From the IMG/VR virus record IMGVR_UViG_3300005680_000007, positions 1-64,000 of that record: 64,000 nt of DNA; one strand, given 5' to 3'. This DNA comes from a virus. The position numbers and the translations under genes are program-made. Below, piece by piece: positions 30,515-40,477 of this stretch; position 1 is the stretch's first letter, and each line of letters begins with the position of its first letter. The notes beneath the pieces were generated by a model, which was not told the DNA's origin, ran no database searches, and worked only from the letters and a program-made list of their open reading frames with translations.

Positions 30515-32944
30515 ATGCCGCAGCCCGAACCAGAGCCCTTGCCGCCCCCGGCGATCGTGGACCTGCTCGAGGACGGCCCGTCGTCAATGCTCGACGAAGG
30601 CGCGCTGGTGATCGAGACCGAGGATGGCGGCGTCATCGTCGATCTGGACCCGAAGCCTGAGCCGAAGCAGCGGTCCGACCGGTTCGATGCCAATCTCGCG
30701 GAGGAACTGGACGAAGCAACGCTCGCCATCATCGCCGACGAATTGCTGACCGGGATCGAGGCGGACGACCAGTCCCGCGCCGAATGGCTCGCGACCCATG
30801 CCGCGGGCATCAAACTTCTCGGCCTGACCATCGACGAGCCCTCGGCGACCTCGGGCGAAAGCTCGGCGCCGCTGGAAGGCATGTCCAATGCCCGGCATCC
30901 GCTCCTGCTCGAGGCGGTGCTGATGTTCCAGGCCAATGCTCGGGGCGAATTGCTCCCGGCCGCGGGCCCGGTGAAGGTGCGGGACGACCGGCCGCAGAAG
31001 CCTGCCGAGCCGCCGCAGATGGGCCACAACGGCGGTCCGCCGCTGGACGATGCTGGCATGGCCGACGCTGGCGCCCCGCCGATGCCGGCGCCAATGGCCG
31101 GCGGTGCCGCTGTGCCGCCGCCTCCCGTGCCGCAAATCCCTCCGCAGCCCTCCATGGTCCCCGGCGTCCCGATGCCCGGCACAGGCCCGCAGGAGGACAA
31201 GCGCGACGAACTCGCCGATGCGCTGGAAAAGGACTTCAACCACTTCCTGACCGTCACGGCGAAGGAATACGTGCCCGATACCGACCGGATGCTGTTCTCC
31301 GTCGGCTTCGGCGGGCAGGGCATCAAGAAGGTCTATAACTGCCCGATCCGGCGCCGGCCGGTCTCCGAGTCCGTGCCGATGGAGGACTTCATCGTCTCCA
31401 ATGCGCTGACCGATCTGGGCAACGCCCAGCGGATCACGCACCGGATCAAGATGAAGCCCTCGACCATGAAGCGGATGCAGCTTCTCGGGGCCTATCGCGA
31501 CGTCGCGCTCGGGCAGCCGGCGCCGGACAGCGACGTCAATGCGGTCGACCAGGCCAAGGCCGAAGTCACGGGCGTCGCGCCGGCTCCGACCGATCCGAAG
31601 GACGCCGATTACGAGCTCTACGAGGTCTGCTGCGAACTGGACCTCGAGGATTACGCCCCCGAGCAATTCAAGGGGAAGGGTCTCGCGCTTCCGTATCGCG
31701 TCACGATCGAGAAGGACAGCCGGCAGGTCCTGCAGATCGTCCGGAACTGGAAGGAAGACGACGAACAGTGCCTGCCGAAGCAGTATTTCGTGGAATATCC
31801 CTACACCAAGGCGTTCGGTTTCTACGGCATCGGGCTCCTGCACATCGTCGGCAACCTCGCCAAGGCGCTGACCGCGATGATGCGGATCAGCATCGATAAC
31901 GGCATGTTCTCGAATTTCCCCGGCTTCCTCTATGCCAAAGGCGCCGGGCGGCAATTGACCAACGAATTCAGGGTGCCTCCGGGCTCCGGCGTCGGCCTCG
32001 ATGTCGGGCTGGCAAAACTGCAGGACGCCGTGATGGCGCTGCCGTACAAGGAATTCTCGCAGGCCTGGGCGATGTTCCAGAACCAGCTTGCGGAATTGGG
32101 CCAGCGCGTCGGCGGCACCGCGAATATCCAGGTCGGTGAGGGCAAGCAGGACGCGCCGGTCGGAACCACGCTCGCGCTGATCGAGCAGGCGACCAAGCCC
32201 ACCGGCGCGGCACTGAAACGGCTGCATACCGCGCAGAGCACGGAATTCCAGTTGCTGCGGGAGCGCTTCCTCGAGGATCCGGAGGCGTTCTGGCGCTTCA
32301 ACCGGCGCCCGGCCCGGCAATGGCAGGCCGAGCAATTCGTCAAGGCGCTGAACGATTTCGACCTCGTGCCGGTGTCCGACCCGAACAATCCGACCAAGCT
32401 TCACCGGGCGGCCCGCACCGCGGCGCTGCAGACCTACGACCAGCAGAACCCAGGCCTTCTCGACAAGCGCAAGGTCTGGGAGCGGGTTGCGGCCGCGCTC
32501 GACGAGCCGAACCCGCAGGAATTGCTGGCGCCGCCGATGCCGCCGCAGGCCCCGCCGGTCGACCAGGGCAAACTGGCGATGGCTCAGGCCAAGACGCAAG
32601 GCGATCAACTGCGGGCGCAGACCGAAATACAGAAAGCCCAATTGGGAGCGCAGGAAGCCGCCGCCAGCCGCGATGCTCGCATCCGCGAATTGGAAATGAA
32701 GATCGAACTGGAGCAGTTGAAGGCGGACGCTAAGAGGGAAGCCGAGCAATTGCGGATAGCCGGGCAATTGGCGGTCGCGTCCGAAAAGGCCGAGCAGGCG
32801 GACCATCACAAGGCCGCGGAGATCGCCTCGCGGATGGAGAACAGCGCCGAGGACCGCGCGCATCGCGAGCGCATCGCGGAGGCGAACAACAAGGCGCGTA
32901 TCGACGCCGTGAAGGCGAGACCGAAACCGAAAGGTGGGAAGTGA
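30515..32944 (+). CDS. portal protein (large, with C-terminal coiled-coil)
   Basis: About 810 aa, positioned downstream of the terminase. The C-terminal 130 aa are Gln/Ala/Glu/Lys coiled coil. The start is ambiguous (30464 TTG, 30506 GTG or 30515 ATG). Confidence 0.5.
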   Translation: MPQPEPEPLPPPAIVDLLEDGPSSMLDEGALVIETEDGGVIVDLDPKPEPKQRSDRFDANLAEELDEATLAIIADELLTGIEADDQSRAEWLATHAAGIKLLGLTIDEPSATSGESSAPLEGMSNARHPLLLEAVLMFQANARGELLPAAGPVKVRDDRPQKPAEPPQMGHNGGPPLDDAGMADAGAPPMPAPMAGGAAVPPPPVPQIPPQPSMVPGVPMPGTGPQEDKRDELADALEKDFNHFLTVTAKEYVPDTDRMLFSVGFGGQGIKKVYNCPIRRRPVSESVPMEDFIVSNALTDLGNAQRITHRIKMKPSTMKRMQLLGAYRDVALGQPAPDSDVNAVDQAKAEVTGVAPAPTDPKDADYELYEVCCELDLEDYAPEQFKGKGLALPYRVTIEKDSRQVLQIVRNWKEDDEQCLPKQYFVEYPYTKAFGFYGIGLLHIVGNLAKALTAMMRISIDNGMFSNFPGFLYAKGAGRQLTNEFRVPPGSGVGLDVGLAKLQDAVMALPYKEFSQAWAMFQNQLAELGQRVGGTANIQVGEGKQDAPVGTTLALIEQATKPTGAALKRLHTAQSTEFQLLRERFLEDPEAFWRFNRRPARQWQAEQFVKALNDFDLVPVSDPNNPTKLHRAARTAALQTYDQQNPGLLDKRKVWERVAAALDEPNPQELLAPPMPPQAPPVDQGKLAMAQAKTQGDQLRAQTEIQKAQLGAQEAAASRDARIRELEMKIELEQLKADAKREAEQLRIAGQLAVASEKAEQADHHKAAEIASRMENSAEDRAHRERIAEANNKARIDAVKARPKPKGGK

Positions 32945-33159
32945 TGCCGAAATATACCGACGAGTCCGCGCGCGGCCGGCGCTTTGCCGACAGCATGAAG
33001 CGCCCCGAAAAGCTCTACGGCAACGACGGCCCGGCCTCGGCCAAGGCTCCGAAGGTCGATGCCTCGGTTCAACTCGGCCCGCTGCAAGGCGAGCCGCGCC
33101 GCTGCGTCCCCGTCAACTCGCCGGCCTATACCGGCAAATTCCCGGGATATGCGAAATGA
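32941..33159 (+). CDS. hypothetical small protein
   Basis: 72 aa with an ATGA overlap. Confidence 0.4.
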   Translation: MMPKYTDESARGRRFADSMKRPEKLYGNDGPASAKAPKVDASVQLGPLQGEPRRCVPVNSPAYTGKFPGYAK

Positions 33160-33314
33160 AACAGCCAAAATACGTCGGCGAGTCCATGAAGGCCTCGAAA
33201 TCCGCCCGCAACGAGACCGGATCGGCGCACAAGTATCCGAGCATCAAGCATGGCGGCGCCGCGTCCGGCGTCGGCCGCCTCGCCAAGACCAAGGCCTACG
33301 GCAAGAAGGCGTGA
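33156..33314 (+). CDS. hypothetical small basic protein (52 aa)
   Basis: ATGA overlap at 33156. Confidence 0.35.
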   Translation: MKQPKYVGESMKASKSARNETGSAHKYPSIKHGGAASGVGRLAKTKAYGKKA

Positions 33315-33538
33315 CGGTCCTGACCATTCTCGCGGTCGATCTCAAGATCGGCCTTGTCCATTTCGACCGCTGCGACGCCAAGATCGACACCATGCTGGAC
33401 GTGGACGGGGAGGAGACCTCCGACCCGGCAATGGCCTGCTACGTGGTCGCGAAGGTTCCGGACGAATTCCCGGTGCGCGGCGGCCAGTGGGTGAACGTCA
33501 CGGTCGATGCGGTGCCGTCGCGTCCGACGAGGCATTGA
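33311..33538 (+). CDS. hypothetical protein (GTG start)
   Basis: GTGA overlap at 33311. 75 aa. Confidence 0.35.
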   Translation: MTVLTILAVDLKIGLVHFDRCDAKIDTMLDVDGEETSDPAMACYVVAKVPDEFPVRGGQWVNVTVDAVPSRPTRH

Positions 33539-33810
33539 TGGCGGAAATTCATGTTTTGCCGGGTGTGGAGCGCCGGGATCTGCTGGGCGTTCTGCCGGCC
33601 GAGGAATTGCTTCAAAAGGCGATCGATCAGGGGATCACCGACGTGGTGATCGTCGGCCGCGACCGTGCGGGAAACCCCTATGTCGCGTCCTGCCTCTCGG
33701 ATGTTGATCGTGCGGTCGGCCGATTGATGTATGCGGCGACATTCCTCGCCCAGGCCACGCTCCACAACGATCAGGTGATCGATACGGACGAGGGGCCGAT
33801 CGGCGCATGA
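33538..33810 (+). CDS. hypothetical protein
   Basis: TGATG overlap. 90 aa. Confidence 0.4.
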   Translation: MAEIHVLPGVERRDLLGVLPAEELLQKAIDQGITDVVIVGRDRAGNPYVASCLSDVDRAVGRLMYAATFLAQATLHNDQVIDTDEGPIGA

Positions 33811-34004
33811 GCGTTCTCGACACCGACCTCGCCGCGAAGCTCACCGAGGACCTCGACAAGATCATCGCCGACGCAATCAATGGCCTCGCCGCCGGCCTGC
33901 CCTACGACCAGTACCAGCAAGCCTGCGGGATGATCGAGGCCTTCAAGCAGGTCCGCTTCTCGCTGATCCCACAAACCCTGTCCGACCTTCAAACCCGGAG
34001 ATAA
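33807..34004 (+). CDS. hypothetical protein
   Basis: 65 aa with an ATGA overlap. Confidence 0.4.
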   Translation: MSVLDTDLAAKLTEDLDKIIADAINGLAAGLPYDQYQQACGMIEAFKQVRFSLIPQTLSDLQTRR

Positions 34005-34010
34005 CCGCGT

Positions 34011-34427
34011 ATGCCTGCTGCGGCCATTTACGACATCGCTGACAGTGACAACCCGAAAGCCGAAATGCTCAAGGCGATCGGCGACCTGTCCGGCTTCGAG
34101 CTCGCCGGCGCCCGCGTGCTGGTGTGGCCCTTCATCCGCTCGCGCAAGACCAAGAGCGGCATTTACCTGACCGACAAGTCGGTGAAGGAGGACCTGTATC
34201 AGGGCGCGGTGGGCTACGTGCTCAAGGTCGGGCCGCTCGCGTTTCAGGACGACGCCGCGCAGAACATCAATTTCGCGGGCTTCTCCTGCAAGGAAGGCGA
34301 CTGGGTCACGTTCTCGCCGGGCGAGGGCAAGCGGCTGCAGGTCAACGGCGTCGATTGCCGGCTGTTCGAGGACTCGCTGATCCAGGCGAAGGTCTCCGAT
34401 CCCGACACCATCACGCACCGCCAGTGA
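34011..34427 (+). CDS. GroES/Cpn10-like co-chaperonin
   Basis: GARVLVWPFIRSRKTKSGIYLTDKSVKEDLYQGAVGYVLKVGP...KEGDWVTFSPGEGKRLQVNGVDCRLFEDSLIQAKV follows the GroES pattern (RVIV..KT.GGI.L......G.V.AVG...GD.V.F). Confidence 0.5.
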   Translation: MPAAAIYDIADSDNPKAEMLKAIGDLSGFELAGARVLVWPFIRSRKTKSGIYLTDKSVKEDLYQGAVGYVLKVGPLAFQDDAAQNINFAGFSCKEGDWVTFSPGEGKRLQVNGVDCRLFEDSLIQAKVSDPDTITHRQ

Positions 34428-34434
34428 GGCACCC

Positions 34435-35370
34435 ATGTCCAAGCTGAAGCCGATCAAGGACGAGGCCGAACTGGCCCGTATCCCGCTGGAAGAGCCGGTT
34501 CTGGTCGAACTGGAGCCGGCCGCGAGCGGGGAGGATGTGTCCGCCCGCACCGAAGAGCGCGAGGAGGAGCGGCCCGAGCCCGATGACGGTGCCGGCGCGC
34601 CCGACCTTTCCGAGCAGCTGCGCGCCGCGAACGAGGCCCGCGATCGCGCCGTGCGCGAAGCGGCGGTCGCGCGCGAGGAAGCGGAGCGTCTGCGCGCGTC
34701 CAACACCGACACCGAGAAGGAATTGCTGACCTCCTCGCTCGAAAAGGCGCAGCAGGATCAGGCGACGGCCGAAGCCGAATACAAGTCAGCCTACGAAGCC
34801 GGCGACCCGGACGCGATGGCCAAGGCGCAGAGCAAGATCGGCCGCGCCGCTGCGCAAATCCTGCATTTCGAGGGCGCGATCGCGAATTTCGATACGGCGC
34901 CGAAGCGCCCAGCGACCGATGAGCGGGGCGGCGACGTCATCTCGGCAATCGAGCGCGATCCGCAATTGCTGCCGGCCGAAAAGGAATGGCTGAAAAAGCA
35001 CCCCGAAACGCTGGTGCAGGGCTCATCGGCTCATGCCGAATTGACCGTCGCCCATAATCGCGCGCTTCGGGCCGGCCACGACCGCGGCACCGACGGCTAT
35101 TTCAAGTACGTCGACAAGTTCATGGGCTTCGACAAGTCGTCGGGCCGCTCCGACACCAGCGAAAGGTCCCCCTCCGTGACCGCACCCGTCACTCGCGACG
35201 CTCCGTCACACTCCGGCCGCCCGCTCAAGCCGAGCCAGGTCCAACTCACCCCGGAAGAGCGCCAGATGGCGCGCAATCTCGGCCAGTCGGAAACGGTCTA
35301 CGCGCGCAACAAGCAATTGCTCCAGCAGCGCAAGCAGACCGATCCCGAGCGCTACGCCACGACCCGCTGA
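34435..35370 (+). CDS. scaffolding-like protein
   Basis: 311 aa, acidic, Ala/Glu-rich and helical, located upstream of the capsid genes. Confidence 0.4.
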   Translation: MSKLKPIKDEAELARIPLEEPVLVELEPAASGEDVSARTEEREEERPEPDDGAGAPDLSEQLRAANEARDRAVREAAVAREEAERLRASNTDTEKELLTSSLEKAQQDQATAEAEYKSAYEAGDPDAMAKAQSKIGRAAAQILHFEGAIANFDTAPKRPATDERGGDVISAIERDPQLLPAEKEWLKKHPETLVQGSSAHAELTVAHNRALRAGHDRGTDGYFKYVDKFMGFDKSSGRSDTSERSPSVTAPVTRDAPSHSGRPLKPSQVQLTPEERQMARNLGQSETVYARNKQLLQQRKQTDPERYATTR

Positions 35371-35381
35371 GGAGCACCGAC

Positions 35382-35924
35382 ATGGCACCCCGCACCGCCC
35401 GCACCCCGGTCCGCACCGAAACCCAGGAGGCCGAGCCCGCGCGCGAGCCGGTCCGCGCCAAGGTCCGGACCCGCAAGAATGTCGGCAGCCAGAGCCGCTA
35501 TCACATCCCGCCGGACTGGATCCCGGAAGGCATGGACTTCCAGTGGAACATCGACACCGTGCTCGGCAAGCCGGAGACTTTCCAGCGCCGCATGATGGAA
35601 GAGCAGGGCTGGGAGCCGGTCGACCCGAGCCAGGAGCCGTTCAAACATCTCGACGGCCGCATCATGCGCGCCGGCCACAAGGGCGAGATCAACGTCGATG
35701 GCCTGGTGCTCATGTATCGGCCGCTCGAATTGACGCTGGAAGCCCGCGCCGAGGAATTGCAGGACGCGCGGCGCGCGCGCTATGTGGAAGAGCAGAAGAT
35801 GGCGGCCGGCCGACCGGACGGCGTTAATCCGAACATGCTCGACCCGAACCACGGCTCGGCACCGCGGCAGACGTTCTTCCGCAAGAGCCACGAGCGCATC
35901 CCCTCGATGCCGGTCCCGGAGTGA
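35382..35924 (+). CDS. hypothetical head-module protein
   Basis: 180-aa ORF. Confidence 0.45.
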   Translation: MAPRTARTPVRTETQEAEPAREPVRAKVRTRKNVGSQSRYHIPPDWIPEGMDFQWNIDTVLGKPETFQRRMMEEQGWEPVDPSQEPFKHLDGRIMRAGHKGEINVDGLVLMYRPLELTLEARAEELQDARRARYVEEQKMAAGRPDGVNPNMLDPNHGSAPRQTFFRKSHERIPSMPVPE

Positions 35925-35937
35925 CGGGAACGACATC

Positions 35938-36141
35938 ATGGGACGGCCCTGGCGCCTCGAAGAATGGCAGAAGCAGGCCATCTGCGACGCCATGGAGGCC
36001 GGGGAGAAGCGGGAAGCGATCGCGGCTGAGTTTGGCGTGACGCCGCGCTACACGCGGCTTCTCGCCCGCCGGCGGGGCGTTCGCGAGCGTCCTGCGGGGC
36101 GCCCGCGCAAAATACGGAACACTCTTCTCGAACCGTGTTAG
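35938..36141 (+). CDS. small HTH protein
   Basis: MGRPWRLEEWQKQAICDAMEAGEKREAIAAEFGVTPRYTRLLARRRG. A terminator follows. Confidence 0.4.
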   Translation: MGRPWRLEEWQKQAICDAMEAGEKREAIAAEFGVTPRYTRLLARRRGVRERPAGRPRKIRNTLLEPC

Positions 36142-36161
36142 CCAAGTCCTAAGTGATAGGC

Positions 36162-36187
36162 ACCGCCACGCGCCGTGGTGGTTTTCC
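36162..36187 (+). terminator. possible rho-independent terminator
   Basis: ACCGCCACG-CGC-CGTGGTGGT hairpin followed by TTTCC. Confidence 0.4.
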
Positions 36188-36240
36188 GCTGACGAAGATC
36201 GCGAGGCTCGCGGTTCGGTCGGCATAGATGGGAAACCGCT

Positions 36241-36840
36241 ATGGCAAATACCAATGCCCCGAACGGGTTCATGCCTTGGCGCCGCATGGATGGCGGCTCG
36301 CCGACCATGGGCCTCGAAACCCGCAAGATTCTCTCGACCTACAACGTCGCGATCGGTCAGGGCGACCCGGTGATCCCGGTGTCGACCGGCTATATCCAGC
36401 GCGCGACCGCCTCGACCGTGCAGTTTGTCGGCATCTTCTGGGGCTGCAAATACCTCAACACGTCGGTCGGCCGGGTGGTCTGGTCCAATTACTGGCCGGG
36501 CACCGCGCAGGGCTCCGACGCCGAAGCCTATCTCATCACCGACCCGCAGACGCTGTTCGTCGCGCAGACCCTGAATACCGCGATCACCTTCGCCAATATC
36601 GGCGAGAACGTGAACGTGGCGATCGGCACGCCGAGCTCCGTCACCGGCTTCTCGACCTCCACGGTCGATCAGTCGACCCTCGCCACCACCAACACCCTGC
36701 CGTTCCGGGTGTACGGGCTTCTGTCCGAATACGAGACCACGTCCGGCGCCGTGAACGGCACCGACGATGCCTCGGCCTACAACCGCGTCATCCTCCAGCC
36801 CAACAACTGGTCTCGTCGCCAGCTTGAAGGCATTGCATAG
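36241..36840 (+). CDS. head decoration/cement-like or minor capsid protein
   Basis: 199 aa (MANTNAPNGFMPW...), immediately upstream of the major capsid gene. Confidence 0.35.
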   Translation: MANTNAPNGFMPWRRMDGGSPTMGLETRKILSTYNVAIGQGDPVIPVSTGYIQRATASTVQFVGIFWGCKYLNTSVGRVVWSNYWPGTAQGSDAEAYLITDPQTLFVAQTLNTAITFANIGENVNVAIGTPSSVTGFSTSTVDQSTLATTNTLPFRVYGLLSEYETTSGAVNGTDDASAYNRVILQPNNWSRRQLEGIA

Positions 36841-36854
36841 CGAGGAGATGACAG

Positions 36855-37769
36855 ATGCCCATCGCACTTTCAAACATCCGCGATCTCCTCCTCCCCGGCC
36901 TCTGGGGCTTCACCGGCGAATACGACCAGCTGCCGCGTGTCTGGAACAAGGTCTACAAGACCCGCACGTCCAACATGGCGCTGGAGCGCAATGTTGCGAT
37001 GCGCTTCCTGCCGATCGCGGCGATCAAGTCCGAAGGCGCGCCGACGGTCTTCGACGCCCAGTCCGGCGAGCGCTACGTCTACAACCAGGAGCACGACGAA
37101 ATCGGTCTCGGTTTCGCGATCACCCGCAAGGCGATCGACGACAACCTCTACAAGACCGAATTCGGCCCGTCGGCGATGGGCCTGCGCAACGCCTTCCTCC
37201 GGCTCGAGGAAGTGCTGTCGGCGGACGTGTTCAACACCGCGACCACCTATGACGCGGCGGTCGGCGGCGACGGCAAGGCCTTTGCCGCAACCGACCATCC
37301 GGTCGATGGCGGCACGTTCTCGAACCTCGCCTCTCCGGCGGTGGCGCTGAACGAGACCTCGCTGCTCGACGCGCAGGTCGCGATCAATGCGAACTTCCGC
37401 GACAACGCCAACCAGCGCATGAATGCCAAGCCGCGGCGCCTGCTGATCCCGCCGCAGCTCGAGCCGACCGCGATCCGCCTGCTCAAGACGGAATTGCGCC
37501 CCGGCACCGGCAACAACGACGTCAACGCCATCCTGTCCACGCAGGGCGGCGTGCCCGACGGCTATCTGGTCTGGAACTACCTGACCTCGACCGTCGGCTG
37601 GCAGTTGCTGACCGATCAGGACGGCCTGGTGCACATGAACCGGGTGCCGTTCGAGACCGACATGAGCGTCGAATTCAGTACGGACAACTTGCTCGTCAAG
37701 GGGTACCAGCGCTACTCGTTCGGGTACTTCGATCCGCGCGCGGCCTATTTCAGCCGGCCGAGCGCGTAA
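36855..37769 (+). CDS. major capsid protein
   Basis: 304 aa. Its position after the scaffold, its size and its sequence character fit an HK97-fold capsid protein (GpT/E-like). Confidence 0.55.
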   Translation: MPIALSNIRDLLLPGLWGFTGEYDQLPRVWNKVYKTRTSNMALERNVAMRFLPIAAIKSEGAPTVFDAQSGERYVYNQEHDEIGLGFAITRKAIDDNLYKTEFGPSAMGLRNAFLRLEEVLSADVFNTATTYDAAVGGDGKAFAATDHPVDGGTFSNLASPAVALNETSLLDAQVAINANFRDNANQRMNAKPRRLLIPPQLEPTAIRLLKTELRPGTGNNDVNAILSTQGGVPDGYLVWNYLTSTVGWQLLTDQDGLVHMNRVPFETDMSVEFSTDNLLVKGYQRYSFGYFDPRAAYFSRPSA

Positions 37770-37784
37770 GGGAGGGCTCGCACA

Positions 37785-38828
37785 ATGGCCCTCACCAACT
37801 TCCCGAACGGCCTGACCTCGTTCGGTGTCCCCCTCGTCGGGGGCATCGGCGGCATCCCGCTCACCGGCACCTGGTTCTTCGTGAACCCGGCGACCGGCTC
37901 GGACGCCAACGACGGCCTGTCGCCGGAAACGCCGCTCGCGACGCTCTACATGGCCCATCACAAGATGACGGCCGGCAAGAACGACGTCTGCGTGCTGATC
38001 GGCGACGGCTCGACCACCGGCGCGGCGCGGCTCTCGACCGCGCTCGCCCAGACGGTCAATTCCGCCGCCACCGCCGGCACGCTGGCATGGACCAAGAACG
38101 CCTGCCATCTGATCGGCGAGACGGCTCCGACCGCGGCCGCGTCCCGCGCGCACATCGCACCGCCCTCGGGCACCTATACCCAGGCGACGTTCGGCTCCGG
38201 CAATTTCGTCACGGTGTCAGCGCAGGGGTGCATCTTCGCCAATTTCTCGCTGTTCAACGGCTTTTCGACCGGCGGCAATAACCAGATTTGCTGGACGGAC
38301 TCGGGCGGCCGGAATTCCTACTACAACGTGCAATTCGGCGGCGCGGGTGACGCGGCTTCGGCCGCTTCGACCACCAGCCGATCGCTGCTGATCACCGGCA
38401 CCACCGGCGAGAACCTGTTCGCCAGCTGCACGATCGGTCTCGATACCGTGTCGCGCGGTGTGGCGAACGCCTCGATGGAATTCGCCGGCGGCTCGCCGCG
38501 CAACGTGTTCAAGAACTGCCTGTTCCCGATGGTGGCCGGCGCGGCAACCCCGCTCTTCATCGTCACGGCGGCAGCCTCCGCGATCGACCGCTTCCAGTGG
38601 TTCTACGACTGCCTGTTCGTGAACGACATCAATTCGTCGGGCACGGCGCTGACGGTCGGTATTTCCATGGCTGCGTCCGCAGGCGGCATCCTGGTGATGC
38701 AGCGCTGCACGCTGGTCGGCGGCAATACCTCGACCAACTGGGGCGATGCCGCGGCGCTGTCCCAGATTTGGGTGGACGGTGGCGCCCCGACGGCCGGCAC
38801 GACCGGCCTCGCGGTCAACCCGACCTGA
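37785..38828 (+). CDS. right-handed beta-helix (pectate-lyase-like) virion protein
   Basis: N-terminal FFVNPATGSDANDGLSPETPLATL, followed by Gly/Thr/Asn-rich repetitive strands. Confidence 0.45.
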   Translation: MALTNFPNGLTSFGVPLVGGIGGIPLTGTWFFVNPATGSDANDGLSPETPLATLYMAHHKMTAGKNDVCVLIGDGSTTGAARLSTALAQTVNSAATAGTLAWTKNACHLIGETAPTAAASRAHIAPPSGTYTQATFGSGNFVTVSAQGCIFANFSLFNGFSTGGNNQICWTDSGGRNSYYNVQFGGAGDAASAASTTSRSLLITGTTGENLFASCTIGLDTVSRGVANASMEFAGGSPRNVFKNCLFPMVAGAATPLFIVTAAASAIDRFQWFYDCLFVNDINSSGTALTVGISMAASAGGILVMQRCTLVGGNTSTNWGDAAALSQIWVDGGAPTAGTTGLAVNPT

Positions 38829-38838
38829 TGGTGACGTC

Positions 38839-39009
38839 ATGAAGCATTCCGACAAGAAGCAGGACAAGGCCATGGCGAAGGCCGCGGTGCATAAGCACGA
38901 AAAGGCGATGCACCCCGGCAAGGCCATGACCCCGATGAAGCGCGGCGGCCGGCTGTCGCCGATGGCCGATGTCGCGTCCAAGAATCCCCTGGCCTACGGG
39001 GCCAAGTAA
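38839..39009 (+). CDS. small Lys/His-rich protein (56 aa)
   Basis: ATG at 38839. Followed by a strong terminator. Confidence 0.3.
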   Translation: MKHSDKKQDKAMAKAAVHKHEKAMHPGKAMTPMKRGGRLSPMADVASKNPLAYGAK

Positions 39010-39045
39010 CGAGCCTCCTGCGGTCGCGTTCCGACCAAACTCCAA

Positions 39046-39073
39046 GGGGCGGCTTCGGCTGCCCCTTTTGCTT
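39046..39073 (+). terminator. rho-independent terminator (UUCG tetraloop)
   Basis: GGGGCGGC-TTCG-GCTGCCCC followed by TTTTGCTT. Confidence 0.75.
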
Positions 39074-39087
39074 AGAGGGACCGGGCT

Positions 39088-39777
39088 ATGAGGCCAATCT
39101 ACGTCTCCAAAACGCTTGCGGCCGCCGACGATAACGGCATCTGCGCCTCGCAGACCCCGGGCGCCGCGGGCAATATGACGATCAACGGTGTGCTGGCCTC
39201 TGGCGGCGTCGCCACGCTGGACACCCAGCGGATCGTGCTGTTCACCTTCGCGGCCGACGAAACCGGCACGAATTTCACGGTCTACGGGGCCGACGACAAC
39301 GGTGTGAGCCTGCAGGAAACCGTGGCGGGCACCGCGACCACGGCCGTCACGACGCAGAGTTTCAAGACGGTCACGCGCATCGCGATCTCCGCCGCTGCGG
39401 CCGGCGCCATCATCGTCGGCACCAATGGCGTCGGCGCGACCCCGTGGCAGATCATCAGCAATGCCATGACCCCGACCGGGCTCGGCATCGGCATCACGGT
39501 CTCCGGCACGGTCGATTTCACCTGGCAATACACCTTCGAGGATCCGAGCGGCACCTATCCGAACCCGGCGGCGGCGACCTCGGGCTATATCAACCCCGCG
39601 CAGCCCAACGCGATCACGAAATTCCCGACCGCGTGGAACCTGACCGCGCTCGCGGCCAAGTCGGCGAACACGGATTCCTCGAGATCATCGCCGATCTATG
39701 CGTGGCGGCTGCAGATCAATTCCGGCACCGGCACCGCGCAGGCCACGGTGGTGCAGGCCGGGATCGCGGGCAACTGA
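39088..39777 (+). CDS. virion structural protein
   Basis: 229-aa ORF, Thr/Ala/Gly-rich. Confidence 0.45.
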   Translation: MRPIYVSKTLAAADDNGICASQTPGAAGNMTINGVLASGGVATLDTQRIVLFTFAADETGTNFTVYGADDNGVSLQETVAGTATTAVTTQSFKTVTRIAISAAAAGAIIVGTNGVGATPWQIISNAMTPTGLGIGITVSGTVDFTWQYTFEDPSGTYPNPAAATSGYINPAQPNAITKFPTAWNLTALAAKSANTDSSRSSPIYAWRLQINSGTGTAQATVVQAGIAGN

Positions 39778-39783
39778 CGCGAC

Positions 39784-40473
39784 ATGGCCTCGAGCGGCAC
39801 CTACGCATTCGCCCTGTCGAATGCGGATGTCCTGATTGAGGGTTTTTCCCGGTGCGGTGTGCGCCGGACGTCGCTCCTCGCCGAGCACATGAAGGACGGC
39901 CAGCGCGCGATCAACCTCGCGATGGTGACGTTCTCCAACAAGCAGCCGAACCTCTGGACCTCGGAGGAACAGACGCTGGACCTGACCGAGGGCACGATCA
40001 CGTATTCGCTGCCGGCCCGCAGCGTGATGATCCTGTCCTGTTTCATCCGGACCGGCAGCGGCGACACCCAGCAGGACCGCATCTGCTGGCCGATCAGCCA
40101 ATTCGATTACGCCAGCCTGCCGAACAAGAACGCCGAGGGCTTCCCGAGCCAATACTGGTTTGATCGGCAGATCACCCCGGAGATTTCGTTCTATCTCGTC
40201 CCTGACGCGGACGACACCTACACCGCGCATTTGCAGATCGTGCGGCAGATTCAGGACGCCAACCTGCCGGGCGGCGAGACCCCGGATATTCCCTATCGCT
40301 GGATCGATGCTTTGTGCGCCGAGACCGCGTACCGGCTGTCGCGCATCTACGCCCCGGACAAGGAGCAATTGCGCAAGGCCGACGCGGCCGAGGCTTGGGC
40401 GATCGCGGCGATCCAGGACACCGAGAACGTATCGATGTCGATCGCGCCGGCGCTCGGCGGGTATTATCGTTAG
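39784..40473 (+). CDS. head-tail adaptor-like structural protein
   Basis: 229 aa. Assigned from its position only. Confidence 0.35.
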   Translation: MASSGTYAFALSNADVLIEGFSRCGVRRTSLLAEHMKDGQRAINLAMVTFSNKQPNLWTSEEQTLDLTEGTITYSLPARSVMILSCFIRTGSGDTQQDRICWPISQFDYASLPNKNAEGFPSQYWFDRQITPEISFYLVPDADDTYTAHLQIVRQIQDANLPGGETPDIPYRWIDALCAETAYRLSRIYAPDKEQLRKADAAEAWAIAAIQDTENVSMSIAPALGGYYR

Positions 40474-40477
40474 CCGC

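Noticed and set aside
30584-32863. 759-aa minus-strand ORF. Comparable minus-strand ORFs lie at 46998-48770, 36870-38153, 42711-43796, 58223-59728 and elsewhere.
   Set aside because: All are antisense shadows of structural or giant-ORF genes. None carries a motif and all have biased Arg/Gly/Asp composition.
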